Source of the DNA: Octopus bimaculoides
Taxonomy: Eukaryota
Length of the DNA stretch: 64,000 nucleotides
NCBI RefSeq assembly: GCF_001194135.2
Contig: NC_068990.1
Span: 18,864,522-18,928,521 of the forward strand
Direction of reading: 5' to 3'
Program-made: the position numbers and the translations under genes
Shown here: positions 12,151 to 25,970 of the stretch, piece after piece
Layout of the letters: every line of letters starts with the position of its first letter
How positions within the stretch are numbered: position 1 is the first letter of the stretch
The notes under the pieces: generated by a model
Told to the model about the DNA's origin: nothing
Seen by the model: the letters and a program-made list of their open reading frames with translations, nothing else
Databases searched by the model: none

Positions 12151-13024
12151 AAGTAAATATAATTGCAATAAATCATGATAAATACTGAACTGTTAGAACA
12201 GCAAAATGGAACTTTCCCCTTTGGTGGGTAGGAAGCCATTTTGAGCTTTTCAATGACGTGTATTCGCTTGACAGGACGCACCAACTAGCTATAATCATCC
12301 TCAATTTCTGTGGCTTTTTATTCATGTTAGACCTGTTTATTATTTCAGACGCAACATTGGCATACTCAGAAGTTGAGTGTTGTTATATACAATTTATTCA
12401 TCCTTTTCTACTCTATGTTCTGAGGTCGAATATCATTAAACAATACTTGAAATAAGCTACAGTCGTGTAGGGAGATTGATTTGTTTTGATTCCTTCTTCA
12501 GAGTACTTGTTCAGTGTATTACACCCACCACTTACAAGCTATAAAAACGAAATTCATTGATATTAGATTTATATACTCTCATTAGTGATATGTGCTATAT
12601 ATATATGACATTTAGCAAATAATTCATTAAAGATTTTCTGTATTAGAAACATAAATGTTAAAATTCAAATCATATTCTTTAATAAGTCCCACTGAGATAT
12701 ATGAAGACGACTCTAATATAAAATATATATTGTAATTACATGATATTAATGTTAGTTTGCTATTATTATCACTTGACTGCACAGTTTCGATTAAAATTGT
12801 CATTGAAATCATAGCACATACTAACAGACTACATGAATTCAAAATAAATTACTTCATACTGAGATCAATGCGTTATTCGATCGGAATGGTAACATGATTC
12901 CGTTACATTAAAAAAATAAATTGTTTTTACGCATCTGCATATGCGATGGCGGTTACAAACTTTCGTAAATGTATCTAAACGTGTGTGTGTGTGTGTGTGT
13001 GTGTGTCTGTGTGTGTGTGTGTGT

Positions 13025-13145
13025 GAAGGTGCGTGGATTAGTGTTTACGGTTTTCAGCTCATGATCGTATCGTAGTCGGTTCGATTGTTTTAAGCAAGGC
13101 ATTTGATTTCACCTTAAACCAGTCCATTCAACTACCCAAAATGAG
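13025..13145 (+). mobile_element. SINE group A head fragment
   Basis: gaaggtgcgtgg...gtcggttcgatt...ttaagcaaggcatttgatttcacc matches the head of the copy at 26593. Confidence 0.7.
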
Positions 13146-13147
13146 TT

Positions 13148-13330
13148 GCACTTCTTTTCTACTCAAGGCACAAGACCCAAAATTTTTTGAGGAGGGAGCC
13201 AGTCGATTAGATTCACCCCAGTACGAAACTTATACCTAATTTATTGACTTCGAAAGGATGAAAGGCAAAGTCTACCTCGGCGGAATTTGAACTCAGAACT
13301 TAAAAAGAGACGAAATACTGCTAAGCACTT
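13148..13330 (-). mobile_element. SINE group C
   Basis: aaggatgaaaggcaaagtctacctcggcggaatttgaactcagaac is shared with the copies at 24808 and 32722. Confidence 0.9.
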
Positions 13331-13629
13331 CTTATTCAAATCTCCCGCGTTGTCACATTTTGTGTCATGCTGAATCTCCCTAAGAACTACACTCAATGTA
13401 CGCATGATTGAGTAGTGCTCAGTTACATGTACCTTATCGTCACGCGCAAGCTTTTCCGTTTATCGGATTCACTGGAACACTCATCCTCATTACTGACGGA
13501 ATACTTGTTATATGTGTACACACGCACACACACATGTCTGCGTGTGTGTGAGTGTCTGTGTGTGTATGTGTGTCAGTGTATATATATATATGTATATAAT
13601 TTATACACATAATCTATATGCTCTAGAGT

Positions 13630-13912
13630 GGAGTCGCAATGGCCCAGTGGTTAGGACAGTGGACTCGGGATCGTAGGATCGCGGTTTCGATTCCCAGTCC
13701 GGGTGTGTGAGTGTTTATTGAGTGAAAACACCTGAAGCTCCGGCAGGGGATGATGGCGCACCCTGCTGTACTCTTACACCAGCACTTTCTCTCAATCTTT
13801 TCTTCCTGTTTCTCTTGTACCTGTATTTCAAAGGGCCGGCCGTGTCACACTCTGTGTCACGCTGAACCTCGCCGTGTACTGCGTTAAGGGTGCACGTGTC
13901 TGTGGAGTGCAT
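13630..13912 (+). mobile_element. SINE group B
   Basis: A box tggcccagtgg and B box ggtttcgattcc. Homologous to the reverse complement of 51721-52096. Confidence 0.9.
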
Positions 13913-14430
13913 TCATTGTTGTTTTATATTACATTGAACCCTTTGTTATTGAACCTAGCCATCTTCGTCGTTCTACATGTTGATGTGCGTAGCTTCTATT
14001 GAATCACATAATTCTACGTCTATCTATCTATCTATGTATATCTGTGCACGCGCTTATTAAAGTAACTAAGCATAATTTTCTGTCCCTACATAATATATAT
14101 ATGTGTGTATATATATTTATATATATATATGTATGTGTGTGTGTATATATATATATATATATACACACAGACACACACACAATTGCTCATGTATTATGTA
14201 TACCAATCTATATACTTATTAATCATTTTTGTATATACATTGAGTTTTACATAAATATTATTAAATATTTATCTTATGTGCGCACGCATACATAAGATAG
14301 TCACTATGTTTATGAGTATATGTAAGAAATATAAATGATGAATATTTTAAATCACATGTATATATACGGTAATGTATGTATGAATTTAAGTATAGTCAGT
14401 CATTCATAGACATACTTGTATATGTAGTAA

Positions 14431-14488
<58 letters not shown>

Positions 14489-15080
14489 GTGTGTGTGTGT
14501 GTGTGGAAGAGAACAAGTTGTCTATATGTGTGTGTTTATATATATATATATGAGATATACATGTGGAAGAGGCCGAGGTATGTATACATATATTTATATG
14601 TATGTATATGTATATATGTACGTATATGTGTGCGTGTGTGTGCGGGCGTATATATACATACATATGTGTATATATATTCCTGAATGAGTGTGTGTATATA
14701 TATATATATATATGTGTGTGTGTTTGTGTATTCGTAATTGGTCGCATAAATTAATATTTGTATAAATATATGTTCACATTGTCTTCATAACCGGAAATGT
14801 GAAGCTTAGTGAATATCATGCATGGTGAGTTGTAGCATTTCAAAATGAAGCAGATGTATTAGAATAATTATATTACGTTTCTCTGTTTGTTTATTGTTAA
14901 AGCTAAGAATAAAACTAAATTAAATATTCAGTCTGATCATTAATGTCAAATATTTTAATATGGTATTTGATTTATTGTAGTTCGTGGCAAAAACTTAGTC
15001 AACAAACGAGCAAAAAAAGAAACGGGTTAAGCAATAAATCATGAAGTTCTCTTGAATTCATAATTGATAAAGTCAAATAT

Positions 15081-15120
15081 CTGACATTATGTATTTTGTT
15101 TTATTTTCAGGTAGGTAAAT
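15081..15120 (+). promoter_or_regulatory. Branch point, pyrimidine tract and CAG|GTAGGT (recursive-splice-site-like or 4-nt microexon)
   Basis: CTGAC at 15081-85, then gtattttgttttattttcag ending at 15110, immediately followed by gtaggtaaat. Confidence 0.35.
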
Positions 15121-15348
15121 TTCAATAATTTATCGAAAATTTTGGAGTATTAATTTCAAGAAATGAAAATGAGTCTCAGAGGTTGGTCTTCATCTTTTGT
15201 ATTCTAAATACATTTTTTGTAGGTTTTTCAGCGTAAATATATGAATATCTCTTCCATTTATCTCTCTGTAAATATATATAAATATATGTATGTATGTATA
15301 CATTCTACACACACACGTATATATGCATGTATATACCTGTATATGTAC

Positions 15349-15386
<38 letters not shown>

Positions 15387-15591
15387 AATATATGAGTATA
15401 TGCATATATATGTACATGTATGTATATACGTTCATCCACATGTACATATAGATACATAACTGGGTACATGACGTGGCAAAAGAACAAGGACAAAAATGGT
15501 AAACAAGGTGCAACAAACAAGCAGGCCACATAGAAACATCCATATACATGTGCATATAGGTATAGCTAAATGTAGATATACTTGTGCGTGT

Positions 15592-15631
<40 letters not shown>

Positions 15632-15899
15632 TTCGAAACTTCGGCAGACGTAAAATATTGGATTTCTTTAAAGTCTAAAACACGAAGTAAAATAAGGTGG
15701 TAATATCTTCGAGAATTCACACAGAACTGTATCAATTTTAGACTTGAAGTTCCATTAAGGATTTAGATGAAGATTCTTGAACGGAGTATGCATAAACAAC
15801 ACATTGACAAAAGTATTTTTTTGGAAGTAATTGAAACACTTATTCAATCAAAACTGGAGGTTTACACCGAGAGAAAAAAAGAATTGGAGCATAAAATGC

Positions 15900-17500
15900 T
15901 CAATACACTAATACAGATGGGATTTAGATATACATATCCTAAATAATACAAACCTCTGTCAATACATTAAAGAAATGATTTTTAACTATGGCCGAATTTT
16001 AGGGTTTTAGATGTGGCAAAAATCATTTTATTTGGTTTGTTTTAAATACAATCGTATTCAAATTTAATGAATTTTTACAAAAAATAAATAAATAAATAAA
16101 TAAATAAAATTACAGTTGTATTTGCATTCGGATAACTAATTACTAATATTTCTGAAGTATCAAAACTCAATTCTAATAGAATTTCATTCTCGTGTAATTC
16201 TATTTTTTTTTTTGATAAAATTCACAGTCAATGAATAATCTGCGATTGATTGTTTTAGTTCTTCACCAATTCATGGATACGTGACGGAATGGTTGAAAGG
16301 GAATAACACAAGTCATTTTTAATTCAATTTCTTCCTTGTTTCTTTGGATCCGTTTGCAACAGCATTGAAAAATCAAATTTTAAAGACTCATATGGAAGCA
16401 ATGCATGCATCGCCTCTCTTCTGATAAATTTGGATAACAAAATGCACGTTAGTGGAGCAAATTTTGTGATTGATTTCTTATCAAACATATTTCTTGTTTC
16501 ATGATTAGATTTTGACTCCAGAAATGTATCTTAAGAATCAACACTAAACTTTGTACCTGAACATTTAAATGCACTGGCCTCTAATCCAACTACGCAGCAT
16601 TCAGTGCAGTAAATATGGACTGCATTTTTTATAAAGTGCATTCTAATTATTGCAAGTATGACAACTAGAAAATTCTAGAAGTGCCATTCTTCACAACTTG
16701 CAAAACCAATTACTGAGGAATTCTTTAATTTTGCTACATTCTTTTATAATTTCTTCTCAAATTTTCGTTTTTCGTAATGAAACCCTTCAAGGAATCAATA
16801 GATTTAATGAGTTATCATTCCATCTGGCGTCTGATGGTTTCATCAATTCAGCTGCTCAAAAACTTTAATCAAAGTAGGCATCCTGCATTATATCGTTATA
16901 CTGCTCAGTAAGAAATTATCACGTAACCAGGATTTTGTAAAAGGAGAGGATTTTGGACACATCCGTTATCTAAAATCACATATTGAGTTATGTTTTCTCT
17001 TGAAATGTATCATGTATTTACGTAGAGATGATGCAAGTGAAAGCGTGCATCCATGGCAATATATAATTACGTCGAGATCATGAGCTAAGAGCTTTTCCCT
17101 TCATAAAATTCGCAATTGGGTTGTTTGATCTCTGACCTTCTTTGTTGAAGGCAGAATTATTTGTGACATCTCATGGAACATAAAAAGCCTTTCGCTTTTG
17201 AAACTCGCCTTTTCACACAAACTGAAATGCAGTTCTTGCTTCTGACATAGCTGGCGAGCTATTAGTTCAGCGTAGTCTTTATCACACAAACCATTTCCTG
17301 ATTCCATGGGAGATGAAAATAAAATACCGGACAATATAAAAAAAGGGATTGCCATAGGTAGAATACCTTAGGGTAGAAAAATGCTTGATCAGTGCTGGTC
17401 TCCTCGTGAGCAGCAGGATACACTTTGTGTTCAGATAAAATATTAAATTCTCACATTGCAGCAATATTAAATGTTTTGGTACGAGAAAATTTCATGACTC
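15900..17500 (-). mobile_element. Highly decayed hAT-superfamily transposase remnant
   Basis: In correct order on the minus strand: IYCHGCTLSLAS (CxxH-like), ELMKPSDARW (TRW-like) and ILVISYPNAN (C-terminal dimerisation-like). Many stops and frameshifts; TIRs not identified. Confidence 0.5.
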
Positions 17501-18182
17501 AACACAATATATTTATTAAATAGAAGGTACAATAAAATGTACGTTTCTTTTTTTTTCTATTTTAAAAATAAGAAAATTATCGAAATTAAATTATTGAAAT
17601 GGAAATGATATACATAATCTTAAGATGAGCATCCATAAATGCACAATATGCATATATTGATGAATACATGAATGCATAAAGATGTTTGTATGTGCGTGTA
17701 TATATNNNNNNNNNNATATATATATATATAATATGTTTGTATGTATGTGAGTAAATATATGCACCTGCTTTAAATGTAGTGAAGCAGATATATATTATAA
17801 TGTTTATATGTACGCACGTGCGCTTTTGTGGGTGTATGCTTGTGTATGTATAAATCCGTGATAATGTATGCAAATTAGGTATATTTTATATATTTTTGTG
17901 TGAGGTCGATGTTTCACATATGTAAATATCCATTAAGTAATAGATAGATATGTTATCAAAATTTGATCTGCATATTACCTATGCATAGGTGTATCTGTTT
18001 CATTGACTTTATGTGTGTGTGTGTGTGTGTGTGTGTAAGGAGGATGGAGAGAGAGGGAAAAAGAAAGTGAGAGAGAGAGAGATAAGTGAAACATTCATAT
18101 ATGTCTCTGTGTGTGCCCTTAGCGATATTTAAAGCTGGATACAATTTCTGATGTGACAATATAACTATCCCCCACTCTCTCC

Positions 18183-18224
<42 letters not shown>

Positions 18225-18261
18225 TTACATACATATCTCCATACATACATATACATATATA

Positions 18262-19341
18262 TGGTCATCCCATAAATAATATTGATTTTTCAATTGCATG
18301 AAGTAAAATTCGGAGGTGGACGGGATAAACAGCCTGCGTTAACATGCTATAAAAGCAGGTAGTAATTTTACCTTGTACTTATTCTTAATGTAGAGGCACA
18401 TAGCCTAGTAGTTAGAGCAGTGGGTTCGAATCTCAAACCGAGCGATGTGTGTGTTTATGCGTGAAACATATAAGCTCCACATGGTTCCGACAGAAGGTAA
18501 TGGCGAACTTCTGCTGACTTTTACGCCCCAACTTTCTCTCACTCTTTCCTCCTACATCTAGCAGCTCACCTGTGACAGATCGGCGTCCCGTCCATGTGGG
18601 GAACCTATACGCCTATGAAAACGGGAATCCGGAGCTTATTTCCCAGTCATATGTGAAGAAGGAACAAGCAACAACAACATTTATTCTCAGTGCAAGTTCT
18701 AAAGAGTGCAGTTCGATTTTAACAGTTATTTTTTTCAAAGCTATAATGGAAATAACAGAGAAGCATATTTTGCAGAATGAGTTCAATAATGCCAACAACG
18801 CAGCGAAAGTGTGAGGAATATTAATGCAGTATATTGGAATCGGACAATAAGCGTAAGCCATTATCAAGGGTAGTTCCAGAAATTCCGAGCTGGACATTAG
18901 AGCCTAGAGGACGAGCCTCGTCGTGCAAGATCTAAAGGACTCGACGAGGACGTTCTGCAAACCCTGGTGAAACAAAATCCCATAGTAACCGTTGAGGAAC
19001 TAGCAGGGAAATTTAGATTTTGGTCTTTCAACCAGTCATTAAAGTCAGTACTAGAAGAGAAACCACCATCTTTGGTTTCAAGATGAAAGGTTTTCTTCTA
19101 TCAAGGTAATGGTCGGCCACATACATCAATGTAATGCTCGGCTCCCACCGAAGAGGAGGAGTGGAGGAGTATTTTTCATCACGGGCAATTAAACTTTGGA
19201 AGGGAGACCTTACAAGTTTACCAGATAGATGGAACAGCATTGTAGAAAATGAAGGAGAGTATATTTTAGATTAAAAAAGAACTTTGTTGTTTATCTTAAT
19301 TTAGAAAAATTAAAGTATAAAAAGAAACAATGCTTATGGGA

Positions 19342-19347
<6 letters not shown>
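18262..19347 (+). mobile_element. Internally deleted mariner element with TIRs and a nested SINE
   Basis: TIR core gtcatcccataa at ~18264 and its reverse complement ttatgggatgac at ~19334. Transposase pieces: MEITEKH from 18746, FQKFRAGH.SLEDEPR, LVKQNPIVTVEELA, GRPH, and LPDRWNSIVENEGEYILD* ending at 19274. Confidence 0.88.
18393..18630 (+). mobile_element. SINE group B variant inserted in the mariner 5' region
   Basis: aggcacatagcctagtagttagagcag...ggttcgaatc...aagctccac...actttctctcactctttcc is homologous to the copy at 13630. Confidence 0.8.
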
Positions 19348-19429
<82 letters not shown>

Positions 19430-21989
19430 CACTTGTATATTCCGCTTAAACACTGTATGCTAGTTGTCGTGTTATTGCAAACCAAATTTCAAGGCAACAC
19501 ATTGAAATATTTGTAATTAATCTATTGTGTAATCACATTTGTTAATAAACAATCAGTTATTTCATTTCGTTACAGTAACAGATCTCCCTAAAATAGTTTA
19601 TGTAATGCAGTTATGTAAAATTCCTCCAGGAAACATAATATATAAGCATGAACACTACGCTGTTAAGTCATACAATATGTATTTATTTAGTTATGGTCAA
19701 TTGTGTTCTGACGTCATTATCGAAATCAAGTTGTGGAGGTTTATACGTCAGAGTAAATAATGTCCGTTACTATATATCCCACGTGGGACCTTGTCGGAAA
19801 GGTCATAGAATTTATATTTCATTAGCATCTATTGATTACTTCTCTGCGTTATCTTGTGTACACGGTTAGGCCAGAACTCAATCAATATATAGCTAAGAAA
19901 TGTTAATACGGTGTAACATAACAATTTTACGACTGAACATACAAGATTTCCCTTGTCACCAGTTCGAGTTATATTTGGCTAAAGTATTCAATTATTCGGA
20001 CTCTGAAAGAATAAGCCCATAGTGTTCATGGTTACACTACACCGAATGAAATTACTCTCTCTACTGAGTTGTAAATATAAAAGGTGTAAGTGTAAATCTG
20101 ACTTGTGTATTGAGTCGTATTGTGTCGGCCCTTAAGTATTCAACCGAATGCCTAACCTCGACTTAGAGCAAATGATATGAAACCTAGTCGCTCGCCAGCT
20201 TGCCAACACATAATAAATTCACCAAACATGCCCTACCAAATTCTTCAACTAATTTTCTTCTCTCCTTGTCAATTAAAATTTCTTTTCACTATATATACAT
20301 CAACCGACTTCCAACTGTTATCCCTCACAAGGGAGGGGGGCAATCAGTGCTTAAACAATTCCTATATTGCTCTCTCTAACCGTACCCAACGCTGACACCC
20401 ATCTCCTCCTATAAGAAATCATTCTCATTCTACGTTGCTTGATATTATCAATGAGGTGATTGTAGGTGCTAAGATTTTCCGCGTCACTGCCACCACTATT
20501 ATCATCTTGAAAACATCTAGTCAAGACAAACATGTTATATCGTTGACGTCTTCTTAGAATTGCTGATGAATATTGACCCCCATTCTGTAAATTTTTAAAA
20601 TACAAAAGCAAAAAAAATCTATTTTTCTGTTTTATATTTTTATCAGTAACCTAAAAAATATTTGATAATTTTTCTTTGTATATTAGAGGGGATCTTTTCG
20701 AGATATTCTCTTATCTCTGCAGATACCATGTCATCATTCTTGAATTTATTTTCTCCACATAACAGATGCATAGGTATTGTTTTATTGGCAAGTGATAGTA
20801 AAAATCCTAATTTGAAATCCACTTGCGAATACCCCTGGCACTACGTATTAAAGGGGTTTGTCATTGTGGGTGTCAAATTAAACAAAAAGCAAAAGATATA
20901 CAAAATTTAAAGAGTAAATTCATAATTGTCAGGAAACTGAAGTCACTTTACTGTAAATGGGCAATAAATGCGCACCAGAATTCCATGTCTGTATCACGAT
21001 GTATCCATGAAAAGTGCTACAGCATTTTGAACTTCCAAACTGTATTGCAGATTCGTCGTTTCAATCAGCTCTTAATCATCTTGAAAACAAACAATACGCT
21101 TATAATTCAGCTCCGGTGGTTAGATTCAAATCTAACCACTTTGCCGCCCCCCCCCCCGATCTAGACTGTTAACTTAAAGGACGTGATCATGATTGACACA
21201 CCAAACTTTCTTAGCCTTTCTAAATTCGTCAAAATCTCTCTCTAACAGAATAGTCAACTCTCACAACGAGAGAACAACATTGTGACCACAACTGTTTTTC
21301 TTGAAATAGCATGAACATTCCCTCAAATTTCAAAGTATTGACATAGAAAATGAAAATGAATGGTACGGCTTGAATGAGTTTGTTCATATATCTGCGTGTT
21401 GATCTGGGGATAAGGAACAAAAGCAAGCGGAAGAAGAAGAAAAAGAACAACAACGGTACTACAACTTAATTTATTTTAATTTAAAGGCCATACAGACTGT
21501 ATATTTTTTTTACGCTTCTGTCTCCTGTATTCTTTTTGCAGAATTTCGAATATTGGTAATTTTACAAAAATGGTAAAAATCTAGAGTGTAATTCGATTTG
21601 TAGAAGAAATTAAATTTATGGAGCAGACCCGTATTTCTAGTTTCAATGTAAGAATACATGAGTAGTGTTATACGGCTTCAGAGTATATGGGATATCATGC
21701 AAAACACTATCTTCGTTAGTTCATTGTAGTGTTTCATCATATATGCCACGTATTTTGTTTTAAATATTTAGTGAGGAGAGAACTATGAGTCCATGACATT
21801 TTGTAGTCACTCTGAGACTGAGTAGTGAAGTTATCTTCAATCGACCGAAATCTTGTTATAAAGTTAACTCAGCTAAAGCATCCATTACTCGGGTGGTGGT
21901 CCTAGAACGGATAAGAAATTAATTTTTTCCTTTAAGTAGATCAATGCTAGATATGAACGGGGGACGGCAAAGAACCACGAGAAATACCT

Positions 21990-22095
21990 CAAGGCATCCA
22001 TTCCGATGTTCACCTAAATCCACCATATTTGATTATAGTTTTAATATCAATCCCGAATCGATGAAAGATGCAGATAAGCCTGATAGGATTTGAGA
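21990..22095 (-). mobile_element. Degenerate SINE group C fragment
   Basis: atcaatcccgaatcgatgaaagatgcagataagcctgataggatttgaga weakly matches the group C core. Confidence 0.4.
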
Positions 22096-22646
22096 TGACA
22101 CGCAACAGAATCGGAGCAAATGTGTCAGGTCATTTATCAGAGCAACACGCCGCTAACAACTCTAGAATAGCACCATACAACGATCAGTAAATATCTTAAA
22201 TAAACTCACAGCTATTTTTGTTCGTCCAGGCCTTTGAGACGTTCGCCTGAAGAAAATATTATACCTGAATCATTACTCTTTTAATAGAACTTTTTGTAGC
22301 AGAAACGTAGGTTTATGCGCATTTTAAAGTTCTAATAAAATATAAATTAGCTTTTAATTTTGTTTTAGCTAGACAGCTCAAGTACTTTTTACTATCATCT
22401 TATACGAGGACACACGTTTTATGTTCATGTGTTTGTGCTCTCCCTTCTAAGTTACTGATCTATTGTAATATCCTATAAAATGTCCTTAAGAAAGACCATC
22501 GGAGAATGAGAGGGGGGAAAGGAGATAAAATGTTCTCTTAAATTGTTTGCAATATTTAGTCTCTTCCTTTTACATTTTGAATTGTAGTGTCGCTACTTTC
22601 GCTTTATCTCGCTATCAATCGATAACCGATACTAGAAATAACTGTG

Positions 22647-22699
<53 letters not shown>

Positions 22700-23083
22700 N
22701 NNNNNNNNNNNNNNNNNNNNNNNNNNNNNNNNNNNNNNNNNNNNNNNNNNNNNNNNNNNNNNNNNNNNNNNNNNNNNNNNNNNNNNNNNNNNNNNNNNNN
22801 NNNNNNNNNNNNNNNNNNNNNNNNNNNNNNNNNNNNNNNNNNNNNNNNNNNNNNNNNNNNNNNNNNNNNNNNNNNNNNNNNNNNNNNNNNNNNNNNNNNN
22901 NNNNNNNNNNNNNNNNNNNNNNNNNNNNNNNNNNNNNNNNNNNNNNNNNNNNNNNNNNNNNNNNNNNNNNNNNNNNNNNNNNNNNNNNNNNNNNNNNNNN
23001 NNNNNNNNNNNNNNNNNNNNNNNNNNNNNNNNNNNNNNNNNNNNNNNNNNNNNNNNNNNNNNNNNNNNNNNAATTTCGTTAAA

Positions 23084-23120
<37 letters not shown>

Positions 23121-23141
23121 CTGCGTATTTACACACACACA

Positions 23142-23182
<41 letters not shown>

Positions 23183-23224
23183 AAAGTGTGTGTGTGCTTT
23201 TAGATATCAGTGTGTTTCTATCTA

Positions 23225-23435
23225 TGCGTGTGTAACTCTAGGTTGGGCTCTGCCCACCGCTACTTTGACAACTGGTGTTTATTTTTTACCCCTCCCCGTA
23301 ACTTAGCGGTTCGGAAATCACATCGATTTAGTAAGTACCTAACTTCAAAAATAAGAGTAGGATACATTTGGCCGACTAAAATCCATCATGGCGCCTCAGA
23401 ATGTCTGCAGTCCAATGTTCGAGACGAGTAAACGA
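23225..23435 (+). mobile_element. SINE group D 3' half
   Basis: ccccgtaacttagcggttcgg...taagtac...gactaaa...cagtccaatg is shared with the copies at 34520 and 61645. Confidence 0.8.
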
Positions 23436-24807
23436 TAAAATATCGAATCGTAAGTTAAATGTTATTACAAGCCATTTATTCTGTGAGAACGGTGAAAATC
23501 CTATTCAAAAAGCTTTGTCTTGCTGTGTTGGTGAATATAGTGTTTCAATTAACAAACTATTTCGATGTTATTTTCATCCAGCTTCCACACCGATATCACT
23601 TGTCTACGTATTCATATACAAAAGAAATAGGTTATCATTAGTTTTACTATATTAAAAATAACTAAATGCATAATTAGCTAGATTGTGGAGATTTTCTTTG
23701 AAACTATAGTAATAAAATCGTTCGATCGATTGGCTGGAATCTAGCTTAGTAAAAGGCAGAAAGTTCCATGCCCCAGTTGTATCTGTTTAATGTATAACAA
23801 TAGACGTTTACACCATAAAAGAACAAAGGAAGTTTGTATATTAGTATATCATAGCGAAACTATATAAAATTGAAGTAAATTGGAGTTTAATTCTAAATAT
23901 ATTATTGACCTCATTAGAACCAACATGAATTTTATGATATGAACACAGGTTATATTTTCTTTTAATGATTGCGCGGAACAATTAACAATGATCAAAATAA
24001 AGCTTACATCAAATTATTGTCTGAATTTATTTCCAAATAGTTTTCGGAACCAATTAAATAAACGTCGAATGAGAATAGAAAACACAGACAGTGTTGATCT
24101 AATAAAATATTTTCGCTTTTAAAATAATGATGGACGTTTATATAAATTGTAAAAATTTATGGAGAATTTTGGAGTAATGATCTGGTTCTGTACAGCAGCC
24201 GGCTCATTCGTTTGAAGTACACGGGATATTAAAATAATCATATAATTCTCAAGATAATACTGTATAACAAATAAATAAACTCAGAGTCGTAGCTGGTATT
24301 GTTGGTGTTTAGCCATAAGTCAACCCTGATGATATCAAGCGTATGCTCAATGACATTTAAGCTTTAACAAACTAACAATATTTTTTTTTTTCATATATTG
24401 CATTACATTCTCGGATATGTTATTTCTGTTAACTGAATTTAAGAATACTGATAGTTTGCTGTAACAGCACCTGTTAGCGCCCTGCAGCGTATCGCTGGTT
24501 TAACCAATTTCAAACAGAAATTCTTGTTGCGGAAAACGGAACATTTTAGTTATGTATTCATGATCCCCCTCCAAAAAAAAAGTGGTTTATCTCTACTTTA
24601 TGGATAGTTAAAATAAAGTTTTCCCGCCTGTCACATCTTTTATCCAATGTCAGTGTTTGATAATATTACGATCATATTCGTAAGAAATTTGATAAACATC
24701 AACATACAGCAAGCCGCCCCTCACCAAGTCAATAGAATGGGATTGACACGAAATTAAGATGAAATGAATTAAGTGAACTGATAAATCGCCACAGAATACA
24801 CATAATA

Positions 24808-25023
24808 TTCTTTTCTACTCTAGGCACAACGCACGGAATTTTTAGGGAAGGGGGCCAATCGATTAGATCGACCTCAGTACGCAACTTGTACTTAATTTAC
24901 CATCCCCAAAAGTATGAAAGGCAAAGTCGACCTCGGCGGAATTTGAATTCCGAACGTAAAGACAGACGAAATACAGCTAACCATTTCACTCGGCGTGCAA
25001 ATGTTTGTACAAGCTCGCCGCCT
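24808..25023 (-). mobile_element. SINE group C, full length
   Basis: Runs ttctactctaggcacaa...aaaggcaaagtcgacctcggcggaatttgaa...agctcgccgcc. Confidence 0.92.
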
Positions 25024-25747
25024 TAAAACTCAATATATGATATTATACAATGCATGCATTTGTTGTTTAGCGCCAAATGGTCCCTAAATCTACAATACCA
25101 CGAAGAAAACTTTGCTCAAGTTCCAGACGTAATATATCTCGGGAATAGTGTATTTTATATATATATGTGCTTTTTTCTACTTTTCGAAAACTAGGTAGTG
25201 ATTTAAGGTAACATTGAATTTCTATTTCCAACTGATTTAGGGATCACATACAAATTACACAATGTGTATGCTGAAATACCTTAATGCAGATTCAATGGAA
25301 TATACCCTGCATTGCACACATTCTGGTTGTACCAAAAGAAAAACTTTATTATTAACAATGCAATACCTATGGACATGTAGATATAAATGCATACATGGTT
25401 AACAGCATAGGCCTATATTGTCTCTGGGTTTTATATTCTATATACAATACCATACACTATGATGTGGGTCCTCATTCTTTGAGGGTCCTATATTGACCCG
25501 TCCTTGTTTTTCTTGACCGTTTTTTGTATCATCTAACTGCCTTGATATTTTGCGTTCTTTTCCCATCTTTTTGTATTCCTTATATATATATACACACACA
25601 TATATATATATATANNNNNNNNNNNNNNNNNNNNNNNNNNNNNNNNNNNNNNNNNNNNNNNNNNNNNNNNNNNNNNNNNNNNNNNNNNNNNNNNNNNNNN
25701 NNNNNNNNNNNNNNNNNNNNNNNNNNNNNNNNNNNNNNNNNNNNNNN

Positions 25748-25938
25748 TAATCTTTTATTCTTTTGTGAGTTTCAGTCATTTGACTACGGCCATGCTGGAG
25801 TACCACCTTGAAAGATTCTATTCAAACAAATCGCACTCATCAATTATTTTTTAAGCGCTACATTTATTCTAACGGCTTTCTCTTGCCTAGCCGCTAAGTT
25901 ACGGGGGACGTAAACGCAACGATAGGGGGGGGACAATT

Positions 25939-25970
<32 letters not shown>

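Noticed and set aside
13630-13710. tRNA-like sequences here and at 26593, 47695 and 52020-52096
   Set aside because: They have A/B boxes but no full cloverleaf and run straight into repeat bodies, so they are SINE heads rather than tRNA genes.
15650-15950. Plus-strand 59-aa ORF MKILERSMHKQ...FRYTYPK
   Set aside because: It abuts or overlaps the antisense end of the decayed hAT element, has in-frame stops upstream and shows no motif.
19539-19960. ORFs with a signal-peptide-like start (MNTTLLSHTICIYLVMVNCVLT...) and WSC-like words (YGQLC, SCGG)
   Set aside because: Cys spacing does not fit WSC, there is no supporting exon structure, and the length is at chance level.
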